This document shows positions 26,612-36,548 of a stretch of DNA of 64,000 nt, piece after piece (within the stretch, counting starts at the first letter, position 1; every line of letters begins with the position of its first letter). Below the pieces are notes generated by a model. It did no database searches and was not told the origin of the DNA. It was given only the letters and a program-made list of their open reading frames with translations. Source of the DNA: Patescibacteria group bacterium (lineage in GTDB: Bacteria; Patescibacteriota; Minisyncoccia; UBA6257; GWB1-50-10); contig JANBVK010000001.1 of assembly GCA_024239035.1 (NCBI GenBank), positions 107,010 through 171,009 on the forward strand, given 5' to 3'. The translations under genes and the position numbers were made by a program.

Positions 26612-27199
26612 CTAAACCCCCGTGGGGTCAGAAAAGAAAATCCAAACAGTTTTAAAAAGTATCTTTATGTCTAACCAAAGTGACTGATGTTCAACGTAAT
26701 AAAAGTCCAACTCCAATTCCTTAAAATACGGCAAAGCCGACGCGCCGCTCACCTGTGATAGACCGGTGAGTCCGGCTTTTGCAAAATACAATTTCTTAAA
26801 TCCCGGAGGATACTGCGCGACTTCTTCTGGCTCATGCGGCCGCGGTCCCACCAGCGCTAATTCTCCTTTTAAAACGTTTAAAAACTGCGGAAATTCATCC
26901 AACCGAAATTTCCGCAGCAATTTCCCAACCCCCGTAAGTCTCGGGTCGTCCTTAATTTTAAAAAACGGCCCGTCGTTCCGCTCATTCAAATGAGCGAGAT
27001 TTCTTTTTGTAGCATGCGCCCCCTGCACCATTGAGCGGAATTTATATACCTTAATAACCTTTCCCCCGCTTACCCGATCAAGTTTAACTAAAACCGGCCG
27101 ACCGCCATTAAGTACGATCGCCAAAACAATAAAGGGTGTAAGCGGAAGAATAAACAATAACCCACAAACAGCACCTATGATATCAAAAAATCGTTTCAT
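26612..27199 (-). CDS. Bacterial sugar transferase (priming phosphoglycosyltransferase)
   Basis: KRFFDI, YKFRSM, DPRLT, LDEFPQ, VGPRP and GLTGLSQ. Confidence 0.93.
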   Translation of the reverse strand: MKRFFDIIGAVCGLLFILPLTPFIVLAIVLNGGRPVLVKLDRVSGGKVIKVYKFRSMVQGAHATKRNLAHLNERNDGPFFKIKDDPRLTGVGKLLRKFRLDEFPQFLNVLKGELALVGPRPHEPEEVAQYPPGFKKLYFAKAGLTGLSQVSGASALPYFKELELDFYYVEHQSLWLDIKILFKTVWIFFSDPTGV

Positions 27200-27867
27200 G
27201 GAATTATTATGACAAACTCACCCTTCTTTTTTTCTCCTTGAAAATGCGATTGAGTCTCCAACATACTCCCCCTAAAAATTTCTTCGTGCAGTTTAGTAAG
27301 TTCTCGCGCAACAATAATTTCATATCCCTCTCCAAAAACTTCACTAATACTCGCCAGAGTTTTCTCCAGGCGGTGCGGTGATTCGTAAAGCACTATTGGT
27401 CTTACCTCAATAATCTCTAATTTTTTAAAAAAAGTCTGTCTCCCCTTCTTGTGGGGTGGATACCCTAAAAACGTAAATCTGTCGGCGTTCACTCCAGAGA
27501 CTGATAAAGCAGTGACAAGCGCCGACGGTCCCGGGATGGGAATAATTTTAGCGTCGGGAAGTTCTTCTTGAATAAATCTTACCAACCTCGAGCCGGGATC
27601 AGAAATCCCGGGCGTCCCTGCGTCAGAGACAAGCGCAACTCGTTCTCCTTTTCGCAACCTGTCACCTACCTCGCCGTGCACTCGCTCTGCTATGTGTTCA
27701 TCGTATCGCTTAAGCGGTTTTTTGACGTCATATTGATTTAGGAGTTTCTTAGTAACCCTCGTATCCTCCGCTAAAATCAAATCAACCTGCTTTAAAATCT
27801 CAAGCGCCCGCAGAGTTATGTCTTTCAAATTACCAATCGGAGTGGCGACAACGTATAATATACCCAT
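27196..27867 (-). CDS. rsmI: 16S rRNA (cytidine1402-2'-O)-methyltransferase
   Basis: LYVVATPIGNL, AEDTR, SDAGTPGISDPG, YESPHRL and RELTKLHE. Start at MGILYV. Confidence 0.96.
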   Translation of the reverse strand: MGILYVVATPIGNLKDITLRALEILKQVDLILAEDTRVTKKLLNQYDVKKPLKRYDEHIAERVHGEVGDRLRKGERVALVSDAGTPGISDPGSRLVRFIQEELPDAKIIPIPGPSALVTALSVSGVNADRFTFLGYPPHKKGRQTFFKKLEIIEVRPIVLYESPHRLEKTLASISEVFGEGYEIIVARELTKLHEEIFRGSMLETQSHFQGEKKKGEFVIIIP

Positions 27868-27917
27868 AATTCTTTGTTTCTTTATGTTTATTATTATACA
27901 CATTATCTCCGCTTAAA

Positions 27918-29018
27918 ATGACCAATAAAATCTTTTGGAAAATAGGAATAGGGGCTGTCTTAATTGTTTTGATTGTCTGGGGAGTGAATTCAGTAAACAA
28001 AGAGCAAGAAAAAGAATTGAGTTTCTCTTATGAGCGCGACCTGGTGTGGGGCGGTTATGGAACAGATGAAGGCGAATTCGACCTGCCTTATGGATCAGAT
28101 ATTGTTAGTATTGACGGAGAAGATTTTATTTTTATCTCGGATTGCCACAACAATAACGTTCAAAAGTTCACTCTCGATGGCGTATTCATTTCTCGGTTCG
28201 GAGAGCTGGGTAGCGAGCCGGGTCAGCTAGACCATCCTGCAGACATTAAAATCGACAAAGACAAAAATATCTGGGTAGTTGAGGAGGATAACCGACGTCT
28301 CTCAATATTCAATTATAATGGGGAGTTCATTGATAATTTTGAGATAACTGCAAAAGCAGCGATAGGAGATACAGGGGAGATTTATGGCATTACTTCTGAA
28401 CCTTTAAGCGTCGCGTTTGATAGTCAGGGAAATACTTACTTGTCCGATTTCGGAATGAGCCGGGTTTTTAAATTTAGTCCTTCGGGTGATATATCGTTTA
28501 TGTTAGGATACGGCGTTGAAGCAGGAGAAATTAGTATAAGGACCGAAGAAGTAAGTATAGGGACCGGTGATGGTGAATTTGATGGAAACTATTACATCGA
28601 AGTTGATAGCCAGGACAATCTCTATGTCGTGGATCGAGGCAACCATCGTATCCAAAAGTTCGACCCTAATGGCAACTTCCTGCTTAAATGGGGTAGGAAC
28701 GGCGGCGACGGGACACCAGGCAACCAGCCGGGTGAATTCAACTGGCCGCACGAAATAGCTATTGATAAATACGACAATGTTTATATCGCGGATACCTTTA
28801 ACAAGAGGATTCAAATTTTCAACAGCAACGGAGGATTCCTCCATCAATTCGGCGGTGATGGCGTATTCACGGCCCCTAAAACGGTAGCGGTTGATGAGAA
28901 GTTAACTTTATTTATAGGCGATGTTGGGGGTGAAACCACCTATGACGAGGAAGAAAGAGAGTTCCACTACGGACACGAAGATGAAGTAACGATTAGCCGA
29001 TGGAAGAACGTATATTAA
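27918..29018 (+). CDS. NHL-repeat beta-propeller protein with N-terminal anchor
   Basis: Repeated G.G.GEF..P..I.VD....YV.D..N.RIQ.F units. Confidence 0.9.
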   Translation: MTNKIFWKIGIGAVLIVLIVWGVNSVNKEQEKELSFSYERDLVWGGYGTDEGEFDLPYGSDIVSIDGEDFIFISDCHNNNVQKFTLDGVFISRFGELGSEPGQLDHPADIKIDKDKNIWVVEEDNRRLSIFNYNGEFIDNFEITAKAAIGDTGEIYGITSEPLSVAFDSQGNTYLSDFGMSRVFKFSPSGDISFMLGYGVEAGEISIRTEEVSIGTGDGEFDGNYYIEVDSQDNLYVVDRGNHRIQKFDPNGNFLLKWGRNGGDGTPGNQPGEFNWPHEIAIDKYDNVYIADTFNKRIQIFNSNGGFLHQFGGDGVFTAPKTVAVDEKLTLFIGDVGGETTYDEEEREFHYGHEDEVTISRWKNVY

Positions 29019-29058
29019 ATTAAGCCCTCTACAGCGCAAGGTAAAATCTCTTTTTCTG

Positions 29059-29130
29059 TAGCCCCAAGGGGAATCGAACCCCTGTTTTCAGGATGAGAAC
29101 CTGATGTCCTGGCCACTAGACGATGGGGCC
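29059..29130 (-). tRNA. tRNA-Glu (CTC)
   Basis: GGCCCCATCGTCTAGTGGCCAGGACATCAGG-TTCTCAT-CCTGAAAACAGGGGTTCGATTCCCCTTGGGGCTA. Confidence 0.97.
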
Positions 29131-29138
29131 AATTTAGC

Positions 29139-30470
29139 CTACAACCCCCGCCTGCCGGTAGGCAGGTAATTGTCATACAATCCCCGCTTCCTCAACCAGC
29201 GCCCGCTCTGCCGTACCAGTAACTCCCTCGCCCGGGCAGGTTCGGCCATCACTTCCTTAACAACTCTCTCCATCCTCACCGACTGCGATCCTTTCACTAA
29301 AATCAAATCTTCTTTCCGGATTTCCTCCTGCAGCCGCCTACCGCATTCACGGACGCTCATGAAGCTCAATACTTTCTTCCGAGGAAAGCCCGCACGAACC
29401 GCAGACTCAGCAATAAATTTAGCCCGTGTGCCAACGGTAAACAATAGATCTGTGCTCTTCGCTGCTAGCCGCCCCGCTCCTTTATGCGCCTCTATTGTGT
29501 ACTTTCCCAACTCCAGCATATCACCGAGAACCGCAATCTTTCTCTTAGCTTTTAAACTTCTTAACGTATCCAATGCCTCGTGCATTGCAACCGGCGAAGC
29601 GTTATAGGTATCATCAATAATAACACTCTCCTTAATGCCGCCCAATGCTCTAAGCCGGCCGGGCGGAGATCTGTAACCTGATAAGGCATCAGCAATTTTA
29701 GCCAAATTCATTCCATAAATCAAACCCACCGCAACGGCCGCCGCCGCCGCATAAGCGTGGGCCCTGCTCAAAACTTTTGTAAGCCGCACCGATACAGAAT
29801 TCCCTCCATATCTTAGCTTAAAAGTTATACCTGTAAACTTCTTATCAAAATGGTTTTGAAAACCGCTGATGCGTATATCAACGCCCCCTGAAAACCCGAA
29901 CGTCATGGGGTGAGCCCGGCTCTCTTTTTTCATTTCCAAAACGGCGATATCATCGGCGTTTAAAACTGAAAAACCGGTTACCGGCAAACTTTTTACAAGT
30001 TTTAACTTTTCCTGCGCCACTGCTTCCGGCCCGGCAAAAAACTCAACATGCACCGGAATCTCCCCCAATGCGGTTACAACGCCGATATGCGGCCGGGCAA
30101 CGTCAAGAAGATATTTCATGTCTCCCGGTCTGTCCACGCCGTATTCCAAAACCAAAATCTCCGGATAAGAGGGGTTCTTAACGAAAATTTGAAATAAAGA
30201 AGAAGTAATTACTCTAAACCAAAAGAACAACCCTCCGGTAGAATCCCAATCTCCCAAAATTGTAAGCGGCAATCCTAGTTCGTTGTTAAAGCTCTTTAAA
30301 GAAACTCTCACCCGCCGGCTATGACCTAAAACGGTCACCAATGCCGCCTTAGTGGAAGTCTTGCCGACGTTACCGGTTACGCCAACGATACCGGGCTTAT
30401 AACGCCTTAGAGTAAGCCTGGCCAGTATCTTTAACTTCCAGGCTAAAATTTTGATAAAAGGATTCCTCAT
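29139..30470 (-). CDS. murF: UDP-MurNAc-tripeptide--D-Ala-D-Ala ligase
   Basis: GVTGNVGKTSTK, NNELGLPLT, DDTYNASP, LGDMLELG and LVKGSQ. Confidence 0.93.
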   Translation of the reverse strand: MRNPFIKILAWKLKILARLTLRRYKPGIVGVTGNVGKTSTKAALVTVLGHSRRVRVSLKSFNNELGLPLTILGDWDSTGGLFFWFRVITSSLFQIFVKNPSYPEILVLEYGVDRPGDMKYLLDVARPHIGVVTALGEIPVHVEFFAGPEAVAQEKLKLVKSLPVTGFSVLNADDIAVLEMKKESRAHPMTFGFSGGVDIRISGFQNHFDKKFTGITFKLRYGGNSVSVRLTKVLSRAHAYAAAAAVAVGLIYGMNLAKIADALSGYRSPPGRLRALGGIKESVIIDDTYNASPVAMHEALDTLRSLKAKRKIAVLGDMLELGKYTIEAHKGAGRLAAKSTDLLFTVGTRAKFIAESAVRAGFPRKKVLSFMSVRECGRRLQEEIRKEDLILVKGSQSVRMERVVKEVMAEPARARELLVRQSGRWLRKRGLYDNYLPTGRRGL

Positions 30471-30499
30471 GCCGCTTGTTATATGTTACACGATGCATA

Positions 30500-32089
30500 T
30501 CACTGACTCAATTTATCCGGCGGAATATTATAATAATTCAAAACGTATTCCGCCAACTCCCTGAATGCCGGCACAACCGTCAAGCCAGCCAAAGAACTCT
30601 CAGGCTTATCTAATTTTAAAAGAATAACAAATCTGGAGTTACTTGCCGGAGCGAAACCAACGAAAGTGTGAATAAGCTCTTCCGTATAACCGCCTTTCTC
30701 AAAATCGGGAATCTGAGCCGTTCCCGTTTTCCCGGCCACCCGATACTGAGGAATGGCCGCAACGACCGCTTTCTCCACCGCCCGTTCCATCATCGTGGTA
30801 ACCTGACGAGCCGTCTCCTTGCTTACCACCCGCCGGACCACGTACGGCTCGGCCTCCCCATCAGTGTAAGGTCTCATAAGCAATCCGCCGTTTGCAATGG
30901 CTGAGAAAGCATTAATCAGTTGAACGGGCGTTACGGCTGTTCCTTGGCCAAACGAAGCAGTGGCAAAATCAATTGCCCGGGCGTCTTTTCTTTCTAAGTT
31001 CCTCAAACTTCCTCCTGCCTCATCCGGTAGATCAACATCCGTTCTTTCCCCAAACCCGAATTTCTTCAAGTATTCGTAAAAAATTTGATGCCCCGTTTCC
31101 TGCTCCGCAAAAACCGCGCCCGTGTTCACTGATTTCTCAATCACTTTAGACATAGTAATTTCACCGTATGCCTTCTTGTCCCAATTCCGAATCGTCTTTC
31201 CGTTTAAAGTAACGCTCCCCTTGTCAACATATGTCGTCTCTGGAGTAATCGCTCCGCTGTCAATGCCGGCCGCCATAGTGAGCGGCTTAAACACAGACCC
31301 GGGCTCATAGATATACTGGACGGCCGGATTCAAAAAACTCCCGATAGGAAACTCACTATAAGCGTTCGGGTCAAAATCCGGAGCGTTGGCTAATGCCAAA
31401 ACTTTCCCCGTAGCGGGTTCTTGGATAATGACTGTTCCTCCACTCGCCTTAAATCGCGAAACAAGTTCTCTCAGCGTCTGCTCGGCCTGCGATTGAAGGG
31501 TGATATCAATCGTCAAATGCACGTCGTCTCCCTCGGCTAAATCCCCGTTACGGAGTTTCTCAATCCCATAGAGTCCCGCCGGCTCGTCATTCTCGGTATT
31601 TACCCCCACAAAGCCGGTAAGATGCGACGCCAACTTACCATATGAGTAGAAACGGTACTGTTTTTTATTAAAATAGACGCCTTCTAAGGCTATGTCCCGA
31701 ATAGCTGAAATCTGTTCCGGAGAAGCCCGGTCAACCAGTAACCTGAACGAACTTTCCGGATTATCGAGAACTTCTTGCAAATCCTCCTCTTCCCAACCAA
31801 CGATTGGAGCCAGGACTTTAGCAGCTAAGTAAGAATTACCGATCTCCTTCGGGGAAGCAAAGATGACCGGATAGTCGCGGTTCAGAGCCACCCGCGCAGC
31901 GCTACCGTTTCTATCAGTAAAAAAGATTTGTCCCCGCCTCAATTCAAGTTCCGCCTGAAACTCATTTCTCGCTTGGGCTCTTTCAAAATAATAATTCCCA
32001 TCTTTAACCTGCAAATCGTAAAGTTTAAGACCAAGCAGGCCGTAGCTCAATCCAAATATTAAAGTTAAAGCGAAGAATCGGAAAGCCAT
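30500..32089 (-). CDS. ftsI: Division-specific penicillin-binding protein
   Basis: YEPGSVFK (SxxK), KSVN (SxN) and GKTGTAQ. Position in the mraZ-rsmH-ftsL cluster. Confidence 0.88.
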   Translation of the reverse strand: MAFRFFALTLIFGLSYGLLGLKLYDLQVKDGNYYFERAQARNEFQAELELRRGQIFFTDRNGSAARVALNRDYPVIFASPKEIGNSYLAAKVLAPIVGWEEEDLQEVLDNPESSFRLLVDRASPEQISAIRDIALEGVYFNKKQYRFYSYGKLASHLTGFVGVNTENDEPAGLYGIEKLRNGDLAEGDDVHLTIDITLQSQAEQTLRELVSRFKASGGTVIIQEPATGKVLALANAPDFDPNAYSEFPIGSFLNPAVQYIYEPGSVFKPLTMAAGIDSGAITPETTYVDKGSVTLNGKTIRNWDKKAYGEITMSKVIEKSVNTGAVFAEQETGHQIFYEYLKKFGFGERTDVDLPDEAGGSLRNLERKDARAIDFATASFGQGTAVTPVQLINAFSAIANGGLLMRPYTDGEAEPYVVRRVVSKETARQVTTMMERAVEKAVVAAIPQYRVAGKTGTAQIPDFEKGGYTEELIHTFVGFAPASNSRFVILLKLDKPESSLAGLTVVPAFRELAEYVLNYYNIPPDKLSQ

Positions 32090-32376
32090 TGGTTACTGTT
32101 TAAGTAATCCGGGTTTCTCTCTAAAACCAAACTATGCTCCGATGCCAGCCCTCCTAAATTAGCCGGATCAGTTATTTTATAAATATTATTTTTTAAGTCT
32201 GCGTTTAAAGCTTGTCCTTTAACAATATCTTCTTTCAAAGTTTTTAACTGAAAGCGGGTGTCAACCAAAGAGTTATATGTAAATATGTAAACCAAACCTC
32301 CTACTAAAGCGACAGCAAAAACTAAAATCAGAAAACGAACGTAATCTTGATATTCGGATGGTTTAATGATTGTCAT
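32065..32376 (-). CDS. ftsL: FtsL-like cell division protein
   Basis: TM plus coiled coil, between rsmH and ftsI (synteny inference). Confidence 0.65.
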   Translation of the reverse strand: MTIIKPSEYQDYVRFLILVFAVALVGGLVYIFTYNSLVDTRFQLKTLKEDIVKGQALNADLKNNIYKITDPANLGGLASEHSLVLERNPDYLNSNQWLSDSSL

Positions 32377-32383
32377 AAATTTA

Positions 32384-33253
32384 TTAGAGAATTTTTATGG
32401 CGCGGAGTTTAGCAGACCGGCTTCGCGGGTTATCTAAAACTTCTTCCTTGCTCGGAACAATCGGCTTCTTGGTTAAAATTTCTGCTTTTCCCTCTTTAGA
32501 TAAATCCCTAAAGCTGTGTTTAACAATCCTGTCTTCCAAAGAATGAAAAGAGATAACTACCGCCCGCCCGTGAGGATTTAAAATTTCAGGAATACAGTTT
32601 AGAACGGTTTCTAAATTCTTAAGTTCTTGATTTACGAAAATCCGCAATGCCTGAAACGTTCGGGTAGCCGGGTGGATTCTTGCATGAGCGTAACTCTTGG
32701 GAACCACCCCGGAGATTATGTCAGCAAGGACCTTAGAAGTCCTAATTGGTAAATTCTTTTTAATGGCTCTGGCAATTCTGTAAGCAAAGCGTTCTTCGCC
32801 AAAATCTTTAATGATCTTTGCTAATTCCGATTCCTTTAATTTTTCCAGCCATTTATAAACCGGCTTGGACTCCTCCGAATATCTCATATCAAGCTTCTCG
32901 TCGCGCTGAAAGCTAAATCCTTTCTCCGAGCTCTCCAACTGCTCGGAAGAAAGCCCCAAATCAAGCAATAACCCGTCTGCCTTTCCTAATTTTTTATTTT
33001 TTAATATCATCGGCACGTTTTTGTAATTGTCGCTTACTAAAATAACATTTTTACGATTTGCCATTTGCACTTTACGCTTTGCAATTACATCTTTATCCCA
33101 ATCAATCCCTAAGAACTTTCCGCCCGGCATAATTTTCTCCAAAACTGCAGCCGCATGTCCTCCCCCATCAAGTGTCCCGTCAATAAAGAATTCTCCGGGT
33201 TTGGGGTCCAAAAACTCTATTACTTCCCTTAAAAGAACCGGCTTGTGCTTCAT
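32384..33253 (-). CDS. rsmH: 16S rRNA (cytosine1402-N4)-methyltransferase
   Basis: HKPVLL, DGTLDGGGH, DLGLSS, LDMR, ISFHSLEDR and NPRSRSAKLR. Confidence 0.96.
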   Translation of the reverse strand: MKHKPVLLREVIEFLDPKPGEFFIDGTLDGGGHAAAVLEKIMPGGKFLGIDWDKDVIAKRKVQMANRKNVILVSDNYKNVPMILKNKKLGKADGLLLDLGLSSEQLESSEKGFSFQRDEKLDMRYSEESKPVYKWLEKLKESELAKIIKDFGEERFAYRIARAIKKNLPIRTSKVLADIISGVVPKSYAHARIHPATRTFQALRIFVNQELKNLETVLNCIPEILNPHGRAVVISFHSLEDRIVKHSFRDLSKEGKAEILTKKPIVPSKEEVLDNPRSRSAKLRAIKIL

Positions 33254-33263
33254 GCCCCATAAA

Positions 33264-33695
33264 TCATATCCCTAGCTCCCCTAATTTTTCCGCTATCTCA
33301 TCAGAGGCCGCTTCGGTCTTGGATTTATACTGCTTCCATGCATCTGCATCCCACACCTCAGCCCGATTAAAAAGCCCCGCAACAACTACCTGCTTTTTCA
33401 GGCCTGCGTATTCTCTCAGATAATCAGGAATTAAAATGCGTCCCTGAACATCGAGACGCACGTCGCTTGCCCCGGCAAGCATAAGCCGGACAAATGCCCG
33501 GGAGTTTGCTTGCGCAAGCGGTAGTGAGGTGAGTTTTTCCACTAACCCTTCCCACTCCTTCAACCCGAAAATAAAGAGCGACCGGTCAAGTCCGCGCGTA
33601 ATAATCGCCCCGGCGCTTAAATCCGTCCTGAACTTCGCCGGAACCGCCATTCGACCTTTAGAATCTAAATTATGTTTGTATTCACCTAATAACAT
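33264..33695 (-). CDS. mraZ: Division/cell-wall cluster repressor MraZ
   Basis: GEYKHNLDSKGR.AVP and LDVQGRILIP. Start taken at MLLGEY. Confidence 0.96.
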   Translation of the reverse strand: MLLGEYKHNLDSKGRMAVPAKFRTDLSAGAIITRGLDRSLFIFGLKEWEGLVEKLTSLPLAQANSRAFVRLMLAGASDVRLDVQGRILIPDYLREYAGLKKQVVVAGLFNRAEVWDADAWKQYKSKTEAASDEIAEKLGELGI

Positions 33696-33720
33696 AATCG
33701 TCTCCCCCACTTAAAGGAGG

Positions 33721-33900
33721 TAAAACTCTTTACTCGTGAGTATGTCGGAGAGTGTTATAAAATTCGCGAGAGAGAATGATAAGCAATAGAACAAAATTGT
33801 TGTTTGAGCGAAGCGAGTTTGATTTTGTTCGTCTTTGCTTCATTCAAGCAAGCTTGAATTTTAAACACTCGGAGACTTTTACGAATGAGAAAGAGCTTTA
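33721..33900 (+). repeat. Long-hairpin element family, divergent copy 4
   Basis: Apical TGTTTGAGCGAAGCGAGTT retained. Stems differ in sequence but still pair (GAACAAAATTG/TGATTTTGTTC, GAGTGTT/AACACTC). Confidence 0.75.
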
Positions 33901-33911
33901 GCGAACTAACT

Positions 33912-34000
33912 TTATCCCCAGAACTGCCTAGTTATCCCCAGAACTGTCCACAATTCCCCACTTGAGTTTAATATTACCCCACCCGATCAAACCGAGTCAA
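33912..34000 (-). promoter_or_regulatory. MraZ boxes and dcw promoter
   Basis: TGGGG at 33916, 33936 and 33956 with degenerate units between (10-bp phase). Minus-strand TTGACT-N18-TAATAT. Confidence 0.75.
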
Positions 34001-34087
34001 AAACAAAAATCCGCCACCCGGCGGAACCAAAAAACCTTTATTCATGCGGATATTAGTTTCTAAAGCACTTAAGTTATTAACAAGTTA

Positions 34088-34411
34088 TCAACCCGTCTCC
34101 CCTCTCAACCATTTCATATAGTCAGCACTAACGTTATCAATGTCTATTGAGCCGACAAACGGCAGCTCATCATTGTGCATTTTTTTAGCTATTCTCTCTA
34201 GTTTTTTAAAATTCTTCGGCAGAGTTTCCATTACCAATAAGCATCCTTTAGCCGTTTCGATCTTGCCGCTCTTCGGCGGCCAAAAGTAACGGGCCAGCAA
34301 CCGCGGAAATATATCAAAACACGCCGCCAATCTTTCTTCCAAAGACTTATTGCCAATATCAGTGGCTTCTTTAACAGTATTACAATTCACCAAAACCCAG
34401 ATGATTTTCAT
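34088..34411 (-). CDS. cutA: Divalent cation tolerance protein CutA
   Basis: LEERLAAC..Y.W, MHNDELP and YMKWL. Confidence 0.8.
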   Translation of the reverse strand: MKIIWVLVNCNTVKEATDIGNKSLEERLAACFDIFPRLLARYFWPPKSGKIETAKGCLLVMETLPKNFKKLERIAKKMHNDELPFVGSIDIDNVSADYMKWLRGETG

Positions 34412-35292
34412 TTCGTATTTTTAATCCAATTCACAATCGTTCGCGCGAGCTCTTTTTCCTTTCCGGTGAATCCATGGTCAGCACCTTTTATAATCTTACC
34501 GCTAAAAAATTTATCTGATATTTGTTTTTTAAACGCTTCAAGAATTTCTTGGACCGGCCTGTCAGCATACTGTTCCTTCCCACCAATGAGCACGAGGACG
34601 GGAACACGAATTTTCCTTGCCCAATAAAACTTTCTTCTCGGATTATAATACGGAAACGTATCTTCTCTACTACCTTCTTTTGCAATGCTCAAAAATCTCT
34701 CCGCAGACCAGAATGCACCACCCACAAAAGACGGCGGCATAAAAGTTTTTCTTTTTCCTTTTTTAACCATTGCCTTAGCCCATTTAATGGCTAAGCGGTA
34801 TTTTCTGCCGAGATTTTTCTTAAGTATTGGAATGTCGCTAAGCGGCCCAAGAAGACCAATGCCGGCCACACCGCGTTTCCCAACTTTCCAAATATAGTAA
34901 GCAATTTTATTCGCGCCGGTGCTATGCCCCAGGAGAAAAATTTTCTTATAACCCTTCTTTCGCAAAAAACGAATCACAGCGTCAATGTCATATACAGAAT
35001 GTTCAAAACGTTCAAAAGTCGTGCCGCTAAGAACTTTTTTTGTTTTGTTTTTAAGTTTTCTCCTTAGAAAGTTTATGGTCCCCTGTCCTCTGTGGTCAAA
35101 AATCGCAAAGGCAATGTTCCTGTTATTTAAAACGTTTGCCACAGAAAACGTCCATTCGGGCCTGTCGGAGAATCTTCCCGTAAGACCAGAAACCCATAAC
35201 GCAGCTACGCTACTCTTACGCTTCGGTTTGAAAAACAACCCCTCAAGCGGAATCCCGTCTTTGGTAATAATTTGATGAAGTTCAGTAAGCAT
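34408..35292 (-). CDS. Alpha/beta hydrolase (DUF1749-like)
   Basis: GHSTGA nucleophile elbow and IKGADHGF. Confidence 0.85.
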   Translation of the reverse strand: MLTELHQIITKDGIPLEGLFFKPKRKSSVAALWVSGLTGRFSDRPEWTFSVANVLNNRNIAFAIFDHRGQGTINFLRRKLKNKTKKVLSGTTFERFEHSVYDIDAVIRFLRKKGYKKIFLLGHSTGANKIAYYIWKVGKRGVAGIGLLGPLSDIPILKKNLGRKYRLAIKWAKAMVKKGKRKTFMPPSFVGGAFWSAERFLSIAKEGSREDTFPYYNPRRKFYWARKIRVPVLVLIGGKEQYADRPVQEILEAFKKQISDKFFSGKIIKGADHGFTGKEKELARTIVNWIKNTK

Positions 35293-35328
35293 GATTTAAA
35301 TTATCTTACTCTCTTAATTTATAGCGAA

Positions 35329-35547
35329 TCAGTCGGTTATTTTCCACTGGACGCGGCCGACGGTACCATCAGTCAAACGCACCTTAACGCCGCGCGGATG
35401 GACGTTCTTTGAGGTTAGAATCTCCTTTACGATCCCCTGGGTGTAATTGTTCGTGCCATAATGCTTTTTCTCAATGATCCAGACGGCATCCCCCGGCTTG
35501 ATCTCACTCCGTCTCGGCGGCGTAGGATTATCAATTCCACGGGTCAT
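35329..35547 (-). CDS. YwbE/DUF2196 family protein
   Basis: RSEIKPG...GIVKEILT...HPRGVKVRLTDGTVGRVQ. Confidence 0.88.
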   Translation of the reverse strand: MTRGIDNPTPPRRSEIKPGDAVWIIEKKHYGTNNYTQGIVKEILTSKNVHPRGVKVRLTDGTVGRVQWKITD

Positions 35548-35593
35548 GAATTTATTCTCCTAATTTCTTGTTGGTTGATTCCTTAATATCCTA

Positions 35594-36028
35594 TTACTCT
35601 AAACGTATTCTTGTATTAACGTTAAATCCATTCCTAGCAATATCGGGTAATTCACTTGCTAGAAATCTCGGTAATACGGTTACTTTTGTAACATCAACCC
35701 AGTCAATTTCTGCCAACTCGTGTCCTCCGTGGGTGCTAGCAGCCACATTATGGTTTAGGTAATCTTTGGAATTTTTAATATGAAAATACAGCCCTGGATT
35801 GCTATAACCATTTTTTTCTCTTATTTGATGGATATATATTAAGTTACTAATCTCTGGCTTAACATGCGTTTCTTCAATTAATTCTCTTTCAAGGGCCGAG
35901 AGTATATTTTCACCGGGTTCCATACCACCTCCGGGCAGACACCAAAAATCAGCCGAGGCGTTGTTCCTCACTAAAAGAAACTTGCCTTCATATTCTATTA
36001 TTGCTCTAACTGAGATTGTGTTATTCAT
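35594..36028 (-). CDS. NUDIX hydrolase
   Basis: PGGGMEPGENILSALERELIEET Nudix box. Confidence 0.9.
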   Translation of the reverse strand: MNNTISVRAIIEYEGKFLLVRNNASADFWCLPGGGMEPGENILSALERELIEETHVKPEISNLIYIHQIREKNGYSNPGLYFHIKNSKDYLNHNVAASTHGGHELAEIDWVDVTKVTVLPRFLASELPDIARNGFNVNTRIRLE

Positions 36029-36055
36029 GAATCTATTTATAGTGATCTCGTCAAA

Positions 36056-36322
36056 TTATTTTTTCCGCATCAACAACAAGCGACGCTCTGGCGTATAGTG
36101 CCACCACGGATGCGACGGAGCGCCGTTCATAAAAGCCACGGCAGCCATAAAAGTGTCCAGTAAACACGGATCATGCCGCTTACCGGTTTTCTTATTAAGT
36201 CTCTCGTAGAGCTTCAATGGGTCATTGTTTTTAAGCTCACTTGGTCTTGTAATACCCACCTCGCGAAAACACCGCGCTATTTTCGGCCCCACGTTCGGGA
36301 TATCTTCTAATTTCTTAATCAT
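36056..36322 (-). CDS. Helix-hairpin-helix protein (Cdd1/mitomycin-resistance-like)
   Basis: LEDIPNVGPKIA, HDPCLLDTF and PWWHYTPER. Confidence 0.85.
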   Translation of the reverse strand: MIKKLEDIPNVGPKIARCFREVGITRPSELKNNDPLKLYERLNKKTGKRHDPCLLDTFMAAVAFMNGAPSHPWWHYTPERRLLLMRKK

Positions 36323-36370
36323 ACTTTGCAAAAACTTTTTCTCCCCCCTAATTTTACCACCTCTTTCACT

Positions 36371-36465
36371 TAAAACCCTAACGGTTCAACGACACCCATC
36401 GTTGAGCCGTTAAGATTACCGCACGTCTTCACTTCATCCACATATGTGGACAAAGTGAAGACACG
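36371..36465. repeat. Two-copy intergenic element, copy B
   Basis: Matches 3667-3759. Has a second hairpin GTCTTCACTT..TCCACATATGTGGA..AAGTGAAGAC. Confidence 0.8.
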
Positions 36466-36548
36466 CAAAAATCCAGAAAAAAACAAAAAGCCGCACGCAG
36501 AGCATGCAGCTTTCTGCGGCGGCTGTTACTAGCCATAACGTGTTGCGG

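Noticed and set aside
33912-34093. Replication origin (TTATCCCCA, TTATTAACA, TTATCAAC DnaA-box-like words)
   Set aside because: The 10-bp-phased TGGGG units upstream of mraZ fit MraZ boxes, and there is no dnaA/dnaN or clear unwinding element nearby.
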